Notes: generated from the letters alone by a model not told the origin. 64,000 bases of DNA from the human T2T-CHM13v2.0 reference genome, Homo sapiens (GCF_009914755.1 NC_060925.1), one strand, 5' to 3'; shown: positions 1 through 17,978, numbered from the stretch's first letter. Translations and numbers: made by a program.

Positions 1-799
1 CTGTAACTACGGATACACATTTCAGGCTAGCATTGTTTCATTAACAGAAAACACAGCCATACTCATCTTAATAATTGTTTATTTTAACCTATTTTAAATA
101 AAATAAAAACATAATGATTTATGAATCAAAATGAATGCATCCTCTTTTTAGATTTTCACATAAAATTTTATACTATTGTCATTGGTACAACTAATTTGCA
201 AAATATTTGTATAAACAAACTGAATTTATAAAACGTTTTCAAAGAAAATTTTTTCAAAGCATTTGGACTTAAAGAGATTACTTTCATTTTTGTTCTCATA
301 TTTCCTTGGTGATATTTAAGTGCTATGAGTATAACCAGCATACATAACTTTGGGAACAAATGGCATTAATTTGAGGAAAGCAAAGTTAATTTTCAGAATA
401 GTGAAGATACTGTAGAGTATACCCTGAAAGCCACAACTACTTTAGCATTATGAGTACGTTGTGTAGTATGTTTATAGAGGAAATGGAGAGTAACATTTTA
501 TGGAGTGTGTTTGTTAAATAAACAATGGTAAAAAGACTTCCTCCATTTTTCTCCAGTAGTTCATGTAACAACATCCTTTTATTCCTAGAGTAGAGATTTA
601 CGGATTTGAATATGATAGCAAGAGATTAATTGTGATAATTACTTTCCAATCAATTAACCTGTGTTTCAGTTCTAGAAAATAAAAGCATTTTCAAATTTAG
701 AAAGATAGCCAGTGGTATTAGCAATAAGTTATAACTCTATTTCTTAAAATGAAGGTTAAGTAATAGCTATTCTTTCTTGGATTAAAAAAAAAACATACT

Positions 800-1827
800 G
801 GGGGAGGAGCCAAGATGGCCGAATAGGAACAGCTCTGGTCTACAGCTCCCAGCATGAGCGACACAGAAGACGGTGATTTCTGCATTTCCATCTGAGGTAC
901 CGGGTTCATCTCACTAGGGAGTACCAGACAGTGGGCGCAGGACAGTGGGTGCAGCCCACTGTGTGCGAGCCGAAGCAGGGCGAGGCATTGCCTCACTCGG
1001 GAAGTGCAAGGGGTCAGGGAGTTCCGTTTCCTGGTCAAGGAAAGGGGTGACAGACGGGACCTGGAAAATTGGGTCACTCCCACCCGAGTACTGCACTTTT
1101 CCGACGGGCTTAGGAAACGGCACACCAGGAGATTATATCCTGCACCTGGCTCAGAGGGTCCTACGCCCATGGAGTCTCACTGATTGCTAGCACAGCAGTC
1201 TGAGAACAAACTGCAAGGCGGCAGGGAGGCTGGGGGAGGGGTGCCCGCCATTGCCCAGGCTTGCTTAAGTAAACAAAGCAGCCAGGAAGCTGGAACTGGG
1301 TGGAGCCCACCACAGCTCAAGGAGGCCTGCCTGCCTCTATAGGCTCCACCTCTCGGAGCAAGGCACAGACAAACAAAAAGACAGCAGTAACCTCTGCAGA
1401 CTTAAATGCCCCTGTCTGACAGCTTTGAAGAGAGTAGTGGTTCTCCCAGCATGCAGCTGGAGATCTGAGAACGGGCAGACTACCTCCTCAAGTGGGTCCC
1501 TGACCCCCGAGGGGCCTAACTGGGAGGCACCCCCCAGTAGGGGCAGACTGACACCTCACACGGCCGAGTACTCCTCTGAAACAAAACTTCCAGAGGAATG
1601 ATCAGACAGCAGCATTTGCAGTTCACAAAAATCCTCTGTTCTGCAGCCACTGCTGCTGATACCCAGACAAACAGGGTCTGGAGTGGACCTCTAGCAAACT
1701 CCAACAGACCTGCAGCTGAGGGTCCTGTCTGTTAGAAGGAAAACTAACAAACAGAAAGGACATCCACACCAAAAACCCATCTGTACATCACCATCATCAA
1801 AGACCAAAAGTAGATAAAACCACAAAG
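800..1827 (+). promoter_or_regulatory. L1 5'UTR with internal sense and antisense promoters, YY1 site and retained ZNF93-binding segment
   Basis: CAAGATGGCC YY1 motif at ~811-820. Segment ~1575-1702 (TCTGAAACAAAACTTCC...CAAACTCC) is the piece absent from L1PA2/L1HS. Confidence 0.85.
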
Positions 1828-2844
1828 ATGGGGAAAAAACAGAACAGAAAAACTGGAAACTCTAAAAAGCAGAGCGCCTCTCCTCCTCCAAAGGAATGCA
1901 GTTCTTCACCAGCAATGGAACAAAGCTGGACAGAGAATGCCTTTGACGAGTTGAGAGAAGAAGGCTTCAGATGATCAAACTACTCTGAGCTACAGGAGGA
2001 AATTCAAACCAAAGGCAAAGAAGTTGAAAACTTTGAAAAAAATTTAGATGAATGTATAACTAGAATAACCAATAGAGAGAAGTGCTTAAAGGAGCTGATG
2101 GAGCTGAAAGCCAAGGCTCAAGAACTACGTGAAGAATGCAGAAGCCTCAGGAGCCAATGAGATCAACTGGAAGAAAGGGTATCAGTGATGAAAGATGAAA
2201 TGAATGAAATGAAGCGAGAAGGGAAGTTTAGAGGAAAAAGAATAAAAAGAAATGAACAAAGCCTCCAAGAAATATGGGACTATGTGAAAAGACCAAATCT
2301 ACGTCTGATTGGTGTACCTGAAAGTGATGGGGAGAATGGAACCAAGTTGGAAAACACTCTGCAGGATATTATCCAGGAGAACTTCCCCAATCTAGCAAGG
2401 CAGGCCAACATTCAGATTCAGGAAATACAGAGAACACCACAGAAATACTCCTCGAGAAGGGCAACTCCAAGACACATAATTGTCAGATTCACCAAAGTTG
2501 AAATGAAGGAAAAAATGTTAAGGGCAGCCAGAGAGAAACGTCTGGTTACCCACAAACGAAAGCCCATCAGACGAACAGCGGATCTCTCAGCAGAAATTCT
2601 ACAAGCCAGAAGAGAGTGGGGGCCAATATTCAACATTCTTAAAGAAAATAATTTTCAACCCAGAATTTCATATCCAGCCAAACTAAGCTTCATAAGTGAA
2701 GGAGAAATAAAATACTTTACAGACAAGCAAATTCTGAGAGATTTTGTCACCACCAGGCCTGCCCTAAAAGAGCTCCTGAAGGAAGCACTAAACATGGAAA
2801 GGAACAACCGGTACCAGCCACTGCAAAATCATGTCAAAATGTAA
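1828..2844 (+). pseudogene. L1 ORF1p, disrupted
   Basis: ATG GGG AAA AAA CAG (MGKKQ) at 1828. In-frame TGA at 1972-1974 and 2158-2160. C-terminal part is the 219-aa track ORF (RPNLRLIGVPE, YPAKLSF). Confidence 0.95.
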
Positions 2845-2907
2845 AGATCATCGAGACTAGTAAGAAACTGCATCACCTAACGAGCAAAATCACCAGCTAA
2901 CATCATA

Positions 2908-6734
<3,827 letters not shown>

Positions 6735-8183
6735 ACAATAAGAACACATGGACACAGGAAGGGGAACATCACACTCTGGGGACTGTTGTGGGGTGGGGGG
6801 TGGGGGAGGGATAGCATTGGGAGATATACCTAATGGTAAATGACGAGTTAATGGGTGCAGCACGCCAGCATGGCACATGTATACATATGTAACTAACCTG
6901 CACATTGTGCACATGCACCCTAAAACTTAAATTATAATAATTAAAAAAACATATTGTTTAAGGATGGATACATCAATGTAACATTAGTTATCAGAAAGAA
7001 GTAAGATTCTTACCAAGCAAGCAGATAATACCTTATGTTGATAATTCAATATAAAATACATTTTAAACACAAAACTTGAATAACTTAACATATTGTTATT
7101 ATCTAATTGTTAAGCTTTACATAGTTTATTGAATAAACTATTTATTCATATTTGCTTACCCTGCCACATATATATTAGGATAACATCAAAAAAAAAAGAC
7201 TAACTTTTCTAAAAGAAACATATTTTTTCTCATATTTTGAAAATACAGTATAAGTATTAATTAAAACAATTTTTACCGCAGAAAGGAGCAGTTCCAGAAT
7301 ATTGAGAAACAAGTTGTTAAAATAGTTTTAATTGGGAGCTCATTTAATATGAAGAAATTAAGGAAATACGTGCGCTGTTGTGTTTGAAGACATTAAAATG
7401 TATAAGAAGAAAGGTTATAGCAACTCTCATCTTGATACGTTTGGCGAAACATCTAACAGATGTTAGAAAACTTGCAGTTTCTAATTAAAATTTTTAAGCA
7501 CCCTTAAAGAGGATAGCAAGTTTTGTTTTTAATTAGTTAGAAAGTCATTATTTTGGTTGAGTTGTTTTGTTTTACATGACTTTAAAGGCAAGCCATTTTG
7601 TGTTGCAGAATAAAGTTTCTCCTGTACCATTAGCAGTTTTGTTCCAATTTTAATGATCTAAAAGGTGTCTTTTGACCAGACTCACGTTTCTTCCTTGGTT
7701 TCTCATATTTCCTCATGCTGCCTCACTCACCCAACATGAGCTTTTATCTCAACCCCCAAGAACAACAGTTTGCTCTGGGCCATTGCCTATTTATTTCTTC
7801 TATCATCTGATGTGTTCAAATACTGTGTTCATTTCCATAAGTAATTTTGTTCTGCCTAGTCCTACCTGATTCTTACCTCTTTTTGGCTTCAGGGAAGCAG
7901 TTTTCCTCTAAGTGAGAAACATTAGTTTTCAAATGGTTGCTTGTGAATGCATACTTTATAGGAGTTAAAGAGATTTTTAAAGTACAAAGTTACTTTAAAA
8001 GGACTAAATTTTGGCATCCGATTTAATGATTTATTCTCACTAAATTAGGGGATTCCATTTCTCAAACCTTAAGAAAAAATAACAATCTCTCTTTTTTGGT
8101 GTATTTGTGTCGGCTTTCTCTATTCCTCTGCTCAAATAGATTAGTTTCTATTAGTTTGAAAAACAAGTACATTTACATAGTAC

Positions 8184-8956
8184 TGAAATGGGAAAAGTTG
8201 CCCTGCTGCTCAAACCTGTAGCGGAGCATACAGAAGGGCAGGCTGTGGAGCTCTGACCCCACGGCAGTGTCTAGCGGTGAATGTTTACAACTCCTGAAGT
8301 CCCAGTGGGCGTGTGGTACAGGGTGTTCTTTTAGCTTTGCCATTTATAGGTGGCTTGTGTCAACCAGCTCAATTAGACCCTCTACCTTGTTTCAAGGACA
8401 GAGGGCTTTCTCTATCCCTGGTTCTTGCCTTGTGTACCAGAATAATTGCATCACATCTGGGCTTGGAGAATGACTGTAAGGTTTTAAGTGAAAGTAGCTC
8501 TCAGCAGATGGAGGAGCCAGAAGGCAAAGAGTTTTCCCCTGGATTCGGGGCGCTCAGTGTTCAGGCTCTCTTCCGACTGCCCTGAGAGACTCTGCCTTGT
8601 TCTGCTGGTCGATGGCCTGCTAGCAGGCCTGTGCCTGTCAGTGTGCTCCTGGCATCCTTTTAATGTCCAGCTGCTTTTATCTTCTTCCGCAGATCCGCTC
8701 CTCTCGATGTCCAGCCACTTGTGTCTGCCCGTTAGGGTCTCGGGTTTTTATAGGCACAGGGTGAAGGCATGGCTGGCCAGGGTGATCTTGGGAAATGCAG
8801 CATTTGGGCATGAAGGCAGGAGTGCCTGTCCTCATCTAGGTCCGTGGGCATAGGCCCTAGCCAGGAACCCGGCCCTCCTCTACCCAACACTTCTCTTCCC
8901 ATCTTCCCTATCATTTAAAGGGACAACGGTCTTCCCTTCCCATCACTCCCGTATCA
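8184..8956 (-). mobile_element. ERV1 solo LTR, LTR1-family-like
   Basis: Minus strand begins TGATACGGGAGTG and ends TTTCA. TATA-like CCTATAAAAACCCG at ~8741-8754. 4-bp TSD GTAC/GTAT. GC-rich against its flanks. Confidence 0.8.
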
Positions 8957-9343
8957 GTATCTTCAGAATTATAATCCAGGAAAGTATTTTCTCAACTTAA
9001 ATCACCAGTCACTGTGCTTCTGTATTCTTTTTTGATTAGAGAAAAATGTGTGGCTTGCTACAGACCTGTTTAATTTGCTATTTTATCAAGTTTAGTCTTA
9101 ACTGTATAAATAATAGACAAATAATAGCTTAACTTTTTCTGAATAAATATATGTACGATTAAATTACCATGCTCATTAATGAAATTTTATTCAGAAATTT
9201 TTACATAATAGGCATAGTTTTATGTTTTCATGTACAAGTTCAATTAATCGTCACAAAAACACAGTATGATTGATATCATTATCTCCACTGAAGAAAGGAA
9301 GAAACTGGGGTTAGAACACTCCTAGGGAGGGGTAAGGGAGCAT

Positions 9344-9963
9344 TGTAAGGGTAGAGACAAATCAAAAAAGAAATGAAAACTAGCCTATTCACAAGAAGGA
9401 AAGAGACTCATCCCCATTCCCTTTCTTATAGCATTTATTTTAGAAAACAAGTAAGTCCTTTCTCTGTCTCTTTAAAATGTATGTAAATCTTTTTAAAAGC
9501 TAAATAAACATCTTTCCAGCTTTTAGATCCAGAGAACATTTCTTTTGAGATGTATACATCAAGGAAGATAGCTCCCTATCTTCTAATTTTCTGCATAATA
9601 GGATCCTAACTTTGACAAGCTTATTTTTCCTTTGGATTAAACCTAGTTAACACAGATGGTCAATCCCATTATCAACCGAATTTAGGATGAAATACCTGTA
9701 ACAAATTCTACCATCAATCCTCTAACATGAGGACTAGTTATTGTTTGTCTTGAGAATATGTATGTAATGAGTTATATCTGCTTGGCTGGATAACAGGGAG
9801 ATTCCTTTCTGTCTTTATAATCTCTTAGCAGATTGTCTGCAAAGTTGATCGCATTCTAGCTTAATGCTTATTGAATAGTACAATGTTTTTTCTTTATCTT
9901 CTCCTTTCGTGTAGAGGTTAGTAGGTAAGCAAGGGATTTTGTTTTTACTTATATCTTCCCAAC
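9344..9963 (+). mobile_element. ERV1 LTR, MER34/MER39-like
   Basis: Characteristic TGAGGACTAGTTATTGTTTGTCTTGAGAATATGTATGTAATG...CTTGGCT and a TCTTCCCAAC end. Confidence 0.6.
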
Positions 9964-10019
9964 TGGAAAGAGTTGGTCAAGAAGAACCACCATAGCCTCA
10001 TATATTTGAAATAAGGCTT

Positions 10020-10203
10020 GTCTCCATCTTTCCTCTTGACTCCCTAACATTCTCAGATACCTTCCTTGCTCAGTTGCCTTTATAAAACCCAAGACTTTTT
10101 TGCTTTTTTTTTTGACACATTCCTGATTAATAAAAGTTCTCCCAATTGCAGCAGCCTGAATAAAATCATTTCCTTACTGGTCCAGTGCATTTTGTGTTTA
10201 ACA
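10020..10203 (+). mobile_element. Old LTR 3' fragment (family uncertain)
   Basis: CCTTTATAAAACCC, two AATAAA hexamers and a TTTAACA terminus. Confidence 0.4.
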
Positions 10204-10339
10204 ATGCTAATCTTTTACCAACCCAGTGGAAAGTTGTTTTTGTTTGCTTGTTTCACTTTGTTAATCATTTTTCCTTAGTGTACTGAATAATGTGAATTGG
10301 AGTGCTACAGAAATTTGCAGTTTTTCTTCTTCAGAATGC

Positions 10340-11346
10340 TGTATTAAATATTGCATTGTCTATTAGGCAGACCTACATGGAGGTCTTAATACAACACCTA
10401 GTCAAATCTAAAAGTTACTTCATCACCTTGATTTTTTTTTTCTAAACTCAACTCCTTCTCTCTGTTGTGGAAATAAACAAGGACTACCCAAATGAGAACA
10501 AGCAATAGCTATTTATTCAGAGCTTGTGGAGAGTCAGGCCCTCACCACTTGTTATGGTAGAGGGTTAAAGGCAGGAAGAGGAGTGGGAAAGCTTTATTGT
10601 GGAAAAAGGGGAAGGCTTCAGGTATGCCCTGACTGGAGGTGGTTTGCATGAGAAAACTGAAGGAGAGCTAACTAGAAGTTATGTGATTTTTTTTAGAGCA
10701 GCATATTTAGCTTTTAGAGTTAGTGATTTATGTGATTTTTTAGAACAGCATATTTAGCTTTTACAGTTAGTCCCAAGCTGGGGCAAAAATAGGGAAGCTG
10801 TCTATTATTAATCCAGTCTCGGCCACTGGGGCTAATTGCTACAAAGATTGTGGTTTGCCTTCCGTGACTGCTGCAGATTTGGGGTTCAGGTTCTGTCATT
10901 CTATATAATTTGGCCACTGCTTGTTTGTATATTAGCTCTCATTGTTAATGTTATTTCCATTTTTTTTCTGTCACTCAGTTCAAAACAATGGAGTCATATA
11001 TTTTTAAACTTTTCTTCATGAATTTTACTTTATTAATGATCTATTCATCTTTCTAAGCTATGAACTCCTAATACTCTTAGCATTGCCACACCTCCAACTC
11101 AGGCCTTTGGTTTCCTCATCTAGAAAATGTGCCAGTGTCCTCATGGGTATCCTGTTTGCATCAACTTGTCTCAGCACTCTATTCTCTACACTGTTACCAA
11201 ACAAAGTTTAAGTTTAATCAACCTCTCTCCCCCTGCCCCAGTGAGTCTTTCCTCTTATGGCATAGCTATCAGTTCTGTGAAGATCCACTTCAGCTACCTT
11301 CCTTACATATATCATGAAATCAGTAAATGACATTTATTGAATGAGT
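10340..11346 (+). mobile_element. L2 remnant interrupted by MER67-like LTR
   Basis: Degenerate L2 3' motifs ending ATTTATTGAATGAGTG. Confidence 0.5.
10463..10941 (-). mobile_element. ERV1 LTR, MER67-like, with internal ~45-bp tandem duplication (10679-10771)
   Basis: Minus strand starts TGAGAGCTAATATACAAAC...CTGCAGCAG...CTTCCCTATTTTTGCCCC. The duplicated unit is TATGTGATTTTTTAGA(G/A)CAGCATATTTAGCTTTTA(G/C)AGTTAG. Confidence 0.65.
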
Positions 11347-11475
11347 GCTGTGGAAGGAAATTATTAACCATGAATGATCTCCTTTTGCTCTCTGTCTCCA
11401 AATCACCACTTTTGTCATACTCAAAGCTTTTTTAAACTAAAGTTTAATTTAGTTTATTAGCAATTAATAAAATAG

Positions 11476-11816
<341 letters not shown>

Positions 11817-12924
11817 AGATTTTTATTTTACATAATTTACTGACAGTTACATTTTTAGAAATAACTAATTATAAGTAAATAAAATATTTTGCCCAAGTAG
11901 TCAAGTGATAATTATTGGATAATAATTACAATAATGCCAGCAGCAACTGGGTCCCATTGCCTCGACTCCTGAAGCTAGAGGTAGTCACTCTGAGGCATTA
12001 GTCCAGAACTGCTGTCAGTCATCCCAATGTTACCATTAAGAATAGAGTCCTGTTATTACTGTGGCAAGGAAGGGCAGCTGCCATGCTGTCTCTATTTAGT
12101 AGCACCCCAGGAGCAGTGCCCTCACCTCAGCAAGGTTTCATTTAACAAATTATACTTGCAGTGTACACTATCCTATCAAAAGATCCTCACTTTTAAAAAA
12201 TAAATTCAATAGCGCACCTGCAAAATAGCTGTTACAACTGGACAGTAAGTTAAAAAGCATGCTTAGCCATTTTACAAATCTTGTGACATTTTGGTTTTTA
12301 TTTTGGCCTAGAAACAAACTTGTTTATTTAAAATATCTGCTATTAAGACTATTCCTATTAATTAAAGAAAGTAAGCAAGTCAATAAGGAAAAACTATATA
12401 TTAAACTAATTATCCTATACTTTCTTATACATAAGCAAGTTGAGGTAAGCCAGAAGAAATGCTCCATTGGATTTTATGCCTAGTAAGAGGCAAAATCATT
12501 GCTACCTTATCTTGTGTCCTGTCAACACCCACCATGATGCTTTGAAAATAGCAGCTGCACATAATTTTTCATTAAATCGAGTCAAATATAACTATTAATG
12601 ATGCTGAATCTTTATGTAATACATATAATAGCTCAAAGTAGTCACTGACAGGGCTCAATCACTTAAGTGCTAGAAAACTTGAATTTAGAAATCTCTAAAA
12701 CTTCATCAGGGTTATTTCAAGATTTAATCTTGGCACAACATTTTGCATGGGCAACGGAAGGAGACTTACATGACTATATGGATTCAAAGCTCATCATATG
12801 TGATCACTTCTAGAAGCACTTCTTGCCTCCACACTCTACCACATCAGTCAGGTTAGGAATCCCTCCCGTCCCCGGACCCTTTGCTCATAACTCTATCATA
12901 GCATTTATCACATTAATTCATCCT

Positions 12925-12971
12925 TGTCTCTCTGCTGTCTTTAGTTCTGTGTCTCTCTGCTGTCTTTAGTT
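12925..12971. repeat. 22-bp direct tandem duplication
   Basis: TGTCTCTCTGCTGTCTTTAGTT twice, with a 3-nt spacer. Confidence 0.9.
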
Positions 12972-14059
12972 TAGTGAAGAAAAGGACTATATATTTTTTC
13001 TGGTTTTGATTGATATTATTTGCATGTAGATTACAGAGGAAACTAAATAACTAACATTAACAGTAGTGAGTATCTAATATATAAATGGAAAAAATTCTGG
13101 CAGGTTCAACAAGTCATTTCTCATATGAAAATTTGCAAAAACACGGGTTAATTTTTATAGAATATATATGAGGCATGACTTTTTTCCTATTTTTGTCTCT
13201 AAGACTCATCTATTTTAATTTTATAATGGCAGAAATAAAGAAAAATAAAACAACATTCAAGAAGACTCCGGGTTTGAACTTTGCGGAAAAAAAGTGAGCT
13301 TTGAAGAAGAATATGGTTTACATGTCTTTGTTTTCCAAACTAGAAATGTTAACCCTAATACAGTACATAGACTACAATCTAACCCATAAAACTATGAAAG
13401 AAAAACAAGTGTAAATTCAATAACAATAAATAAATGAATGTCAAGTGTAGCCATGGCACACATTAATCCTATGATGGTTTGGTAATTTTGTTCAAATACA
13501 CTTTCTCAATGACAAAAAATCCATCACATTGATGAGGTTTACTATCCTTTGTGCTCTATTCTTTCTAGCTGTGACAAAACAAGTATTATGCTCTGAGATG
13601 CAATAATTATTCATGTATTCAAAACATATCTTAAATTAACTAAATGCAATTTCTTCAACCACCATCGCTAGATATAGTGTCTTTAATGTTATGTGCTATA
13701 TTTGACAGTTTTAATCATACTGTTATCATAAGTTGGAACACAAAAATATTTAATTTAAAGGAAAGAAAAGGAAGCAGAAGAATATGAAAAAACTTTAACA
13801 TTTTCATCTTTGGTCTTGGCAAAATTAGGGTTGAGGAGTTAAAAATTACAGATGTATTTGTGGATTAAGTAAAAATAATATTTATTTAAATAATGTATTA
13901 AAAATTCAAAGCAATACTATTAGAACTGGCAAAGCTCAGAAAGGAAAAGAAAAGTAAAGGATATTTTGTCATCTTTAGAGAGTTTCAAAATTATTTCAGT
14001 GGGAAGACTTATGCATGCATGCAAAGATTTGATGTGACTTAATGTGTCAAAAACAGGCA

Positions 14060-16700
14060 GTGAAAGTCTAGTGCATACTAAAAAATAATGGGTGAGAGGC
14101 TGACAATGTGCAGAACAAGCATAACACCTGCCTGTAACAAGCTTATAGTCTGATAAGGATGATAGACATATAATTATGACTGTAGCTATTGTCAGACAGA
14201 AGAAATTTGGGGTGTTATGAAGGTATATAAATGGAATATTTATGTTAATCTTTTGTATTGAGAAGACTCCTCTCTAAGGTAATATCAAGCAAAGATCTGA
14301 AAGAGGGGAAAGGGAGTAGAAAGGTGAAGCAGAGAGTAGGGCACTTTGTTTCAGGTTCAGAGCAGAGGATGTGTAAATGCTTTCATGTTAGAAAGGGCAC
14401 TAGTCTTTTAGGCAAGTGAAAATAGTTTGCTAAAGAAATAAATGTAAAAATAAAGGGTAATGGAACTAATATGTAATTATAGCAAATTATAGCAGGGTTA
14501 TAGGATACAAGATGGACACAAAAGTTAATTTATTTCTCATATATCAGCAAGGGACAATTGAAATTTGAAATTAAAAACAATATCATTTAAATTAGCAGTA
14601 ACAAAACTGAAATACTTAGATATCATTCTAAAAAGATATGTATATGAAATATTGGAGGGAAACTACAAAACTGTGATGATACAAAGGAAATATCTAAATA
14701 AATAGAGAGATATTCCATGTATATGTTTAGGAAGATTTAATCTTGCCAAGATGTCAGTTCTTCCAAAATTGATCATGTCAAAACCCCATATTATTTTGTG
14801 AATATAGACAAACTGACTTAAAAGCTTTTATGAAAAGGCAAAAGACCCAGAATGGTCAAGAAAATATTGAAGGAAAAGAACAAGTTTGAAGGACTGACAT
14901 TATCCAACTTCAAGATTTGATATAAAGCTAGAGTAATTAAGACCGTGTGGTAATGGTAAAATAATAAGCAAATCAATCAATGCTACAGAAGAGAGAGCCA
15001 AGAAATACACCTACACAAATATATTCAACTGATTTTTGACACAGGAGCAAAGGCAGTTCAATGGGGAAAAAATAGCCTTCTCAAGAAATGGTTATACAAC
15101 ATCTGGACATCCACATGTCAAAAATGAATCTAGATACAGATCCTATGCCTTTCACAAAAATTAACTCTAAATGAATCATCAATCTAGAAGCAAAACACAA
15201 AACTATACAGCTTCAAGATTATAACATAAAGGACAATCTAGGTGAACCTGGGTTTAACTAAGGTAGTATCAACCAACAATGACTTTTTAGAAACAGTAAC
15301 AAAATCACAGTACCAATGCGTGGAAGAAAAACTTGTTAAATTGGATGTCATTAAAATTAGAAACTTCTGCTTTACAAAGGGCACTGTCATAAGAATGAAA
15401 AGACAAACCATATATTGAGAGAGAATATTTGCATTTGCAAAGTGCAAATCTGTTAAAGGACTAGTATCTAAAATACACAAGGAACACTTTAAACTCAACC
15501 ACAAGAGGACAGAAGACCCAATTTAAAAAAGGGGGGGGGGGAGGAACTCTTAACAGACTCCTCACCAAAGAAGATAAACAAATGGAAACCTTTGAAAAGA
15601 CACGACGCATTATAGCCATCAGGAAATTGCAAATCAAAACAATGAGATACCACTAGATAGCTATTAGAATGACTAAAATCTAAAACTCTTGCAACATCAA
15701 ATGCTGGTGAGGATGGAGAGTAACAAGAACTTTCATCCACTCCTGGTGGTTTTGTAAAATGGTACAATCAATTTGGAAGACAGTTTGGAGGTGTCTTACA
15801 AGAATTAAACATGTTGTTACCATATGGTTCAGCAATCATGCCCCTTGGTATTTATCTAAATGAGTTAAAACTTTTTGTCTACATAAAATCTGTAAGCAAA
15901 TGTTTATAGCAGCTTTATTCATAATTGCCAAAACCTGGAAACAATAAAAAGGTCTTTCAAGATGTGAATGGAAAAGCAAACTGTGGTAGTTTCACATAAT
16001 TGAATACTATTCATCAGTAAAAAGAAGTGAGCTATCAAATGAAGAAAAGACATGGAAGAGTTCTAAATGCATATTGCAAAGAAAACCAAGCTAATCTGAA
16101 AAGACTATAGTGTACTGTGTAACATTAACTATGCGGCCTTCTAACGTTCTAGAAAAGATAATGGACAAAATAAATACATCAGTGGTTATCAGAGGCTCTG
16201 GGAAACAGAGGGATGAATTGGTGGAGCAAGGACATTTTTAAAGAAGTGAAACTATGTTGTATGATACTGTAATGGTGAATATATGCCATCAAACATTTGT
16301 CAAAACCCATAGGACTGTATAACCCAATGAATGAACCCATTGGAAACTATGACCTTTATTTAATCAAAATGGTTCATCAATTGTAACAAATACATCACAC
16401 TAATCCAAGGTGTTATTAAGAGGGAAAACTGGGGTGGGGAAATTGATAAGTATATGAGAACTTTCCACACTTTCCACTCAATATTTTTTCTGTAAACCTA
16501 AAAGTGCAAAAAAAGTATATTAATTAAAATAAATTTTTTTAATGATATGGGAGTGGAATGAGATAAACTAAAAGATAGATGTAGAGGCTAGGACATGCAG
16601 GCCAAGGGGGTCATGCTAAGGTATGAATTTGTTCCCCCAAAATAATGTAAATCCATTGAAATGTCTAAAAAGAGGGAATACACATTAGATGCCAAATAAA
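14060..16700 (-). mobile_element. L2 remnant split by the L1MC insertion (pieces ~14060-14430 and ~16540-16700)
   Basis: AAGCTTATAGTCTG / GCAAAGATCTGAAAG / CATGCTAAGG...CCATTGAAA L2 antisense motifs continue across the L1. Confidence 0.5.
14478..16530 (+). mobile_element. Old LINE-1 3' part, L1MC1/2-like
   Basis: Degenerate ORF2 C-terminus plus 3'UTR motif CATTTGTCAAAACCCATAG...AACTATG and an A-rich end. Confidence 0.8.
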
Positions 16701-17879
16701 CATGTATTTATTAAGGTATGGCCAAATTTGACTTACATAAACTAGAGATCTTGCCAAGTTTAAGTTTTACCTAGTAATTCAAAACTCAAGTAAATATGAG
16801 CCACTGGCAAAGTAGGGCATAGGCAAAGCAGTTAGTCCAGGACGAACTTTGCAATTCAACAAATTTTGTCTTGCCACATCTCATTCAGGTTGACATATGA
16901 TTTCCCCATCATTTATGCAGTTGCATTGCTTAATCACAAAATATCTGTCTTTCTCATTAAGCACCTCCAATTTAAACTCATAAAGATAAAAAAAAACATT
17001 ATCTAGAGTAATTCCCCAATAAGACCCCAAAATTTGTTTTCCCCAATATAAACATATCAAATAAATCTTAAAATCTGAATGCTCAGAGAATTGTGGGGAA
17101 CTTATGTCAGTTTGAGCTCCAAAGCAATAAAGAAAGGTTTATGTGAGAAAACCAAATAAAAGTGGAAATGAAGTTTGTTGGTCCTCATTCAAAAGAGATC
17201 TAGATTAGTCTGCAAAGAAAACTAAACCAAAAAGAAATTAGAGATGTCACATTGGCTTGACATTACATCAAAACTGTTAAATTAATATATTTTTATTTGT
17301 ATCATCCTGAATTTTTACAATATTTCTTGATTTTATAAAGATAATTTAGATGCTGAAAAAAACAACAATATCAAGGTACCCTGGCATCATTTAAATTACA
17401 GCATTCTTTAAGTTTTACTTGAGTTGGGAACTTGGTCATATTTAACTATCAGTGTAGTAAATTTAAGTTTCAGATTTCCATATATGTTAATCGAAGTTGT
17501 TTATTTGTTCATTATATTTTAGGAAAAATAATTCAATATGAATAATTTTTATATTTACCATTTTAATAACATTCAAATACTTTTTCTCAATAAATGGGTT
17601 CAAATATCCAAAATCTTGCCTATATGTTTCATAATACAAAAAACAAGATACATATGTTTTATCAGAAAAAGGCTATTATAATTTCAAGTTCAAAATCTAC
17701 ATTTGACTCTGTTTTTATACATATATTTAGTAATACTATATATTTTTATATTTGGTAAAAGTAAAATTTTTCAGCTGAAAATGTGACTATTCTCTGATTG
17801 TGCACAAATAAAAAACTTTATGTCCACATGTTTAACTCGGCAAACACAATTTACTACAGATTTTGGTGTTTTGATTCTG

Positions 17880-17978
17880 GTGCAGCCTGGAGAACTGTGA
17901 GCCAATTAAACCTCTTTTCTTTACAAATTGCCCAATCTTAAGTATTTCTTTATAGCAACGCAAAAATAGCCTAACACA
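17880..17978 (+). mobile_element. MaLR LTR 3' fragment (MST-like)
   Basis: GAACTGTGAGCCAATTAAACCTCTTTTCTTT...TTTATAGCAA...CTAACACA. Confidence 0.8.

Noticed and set aside
6778-6812. G-quadruplex-forming G tract
   Set aside because: Standard, well-described feature of L1PA 3'UTRs.
16900-17240. Strong minus-strand acceptor (ttttctttgcag at 17210) as a coding exon
   Set aside because: All three frames stop within 7 codons. At most a noncoding or terminal exon, and unsupported.
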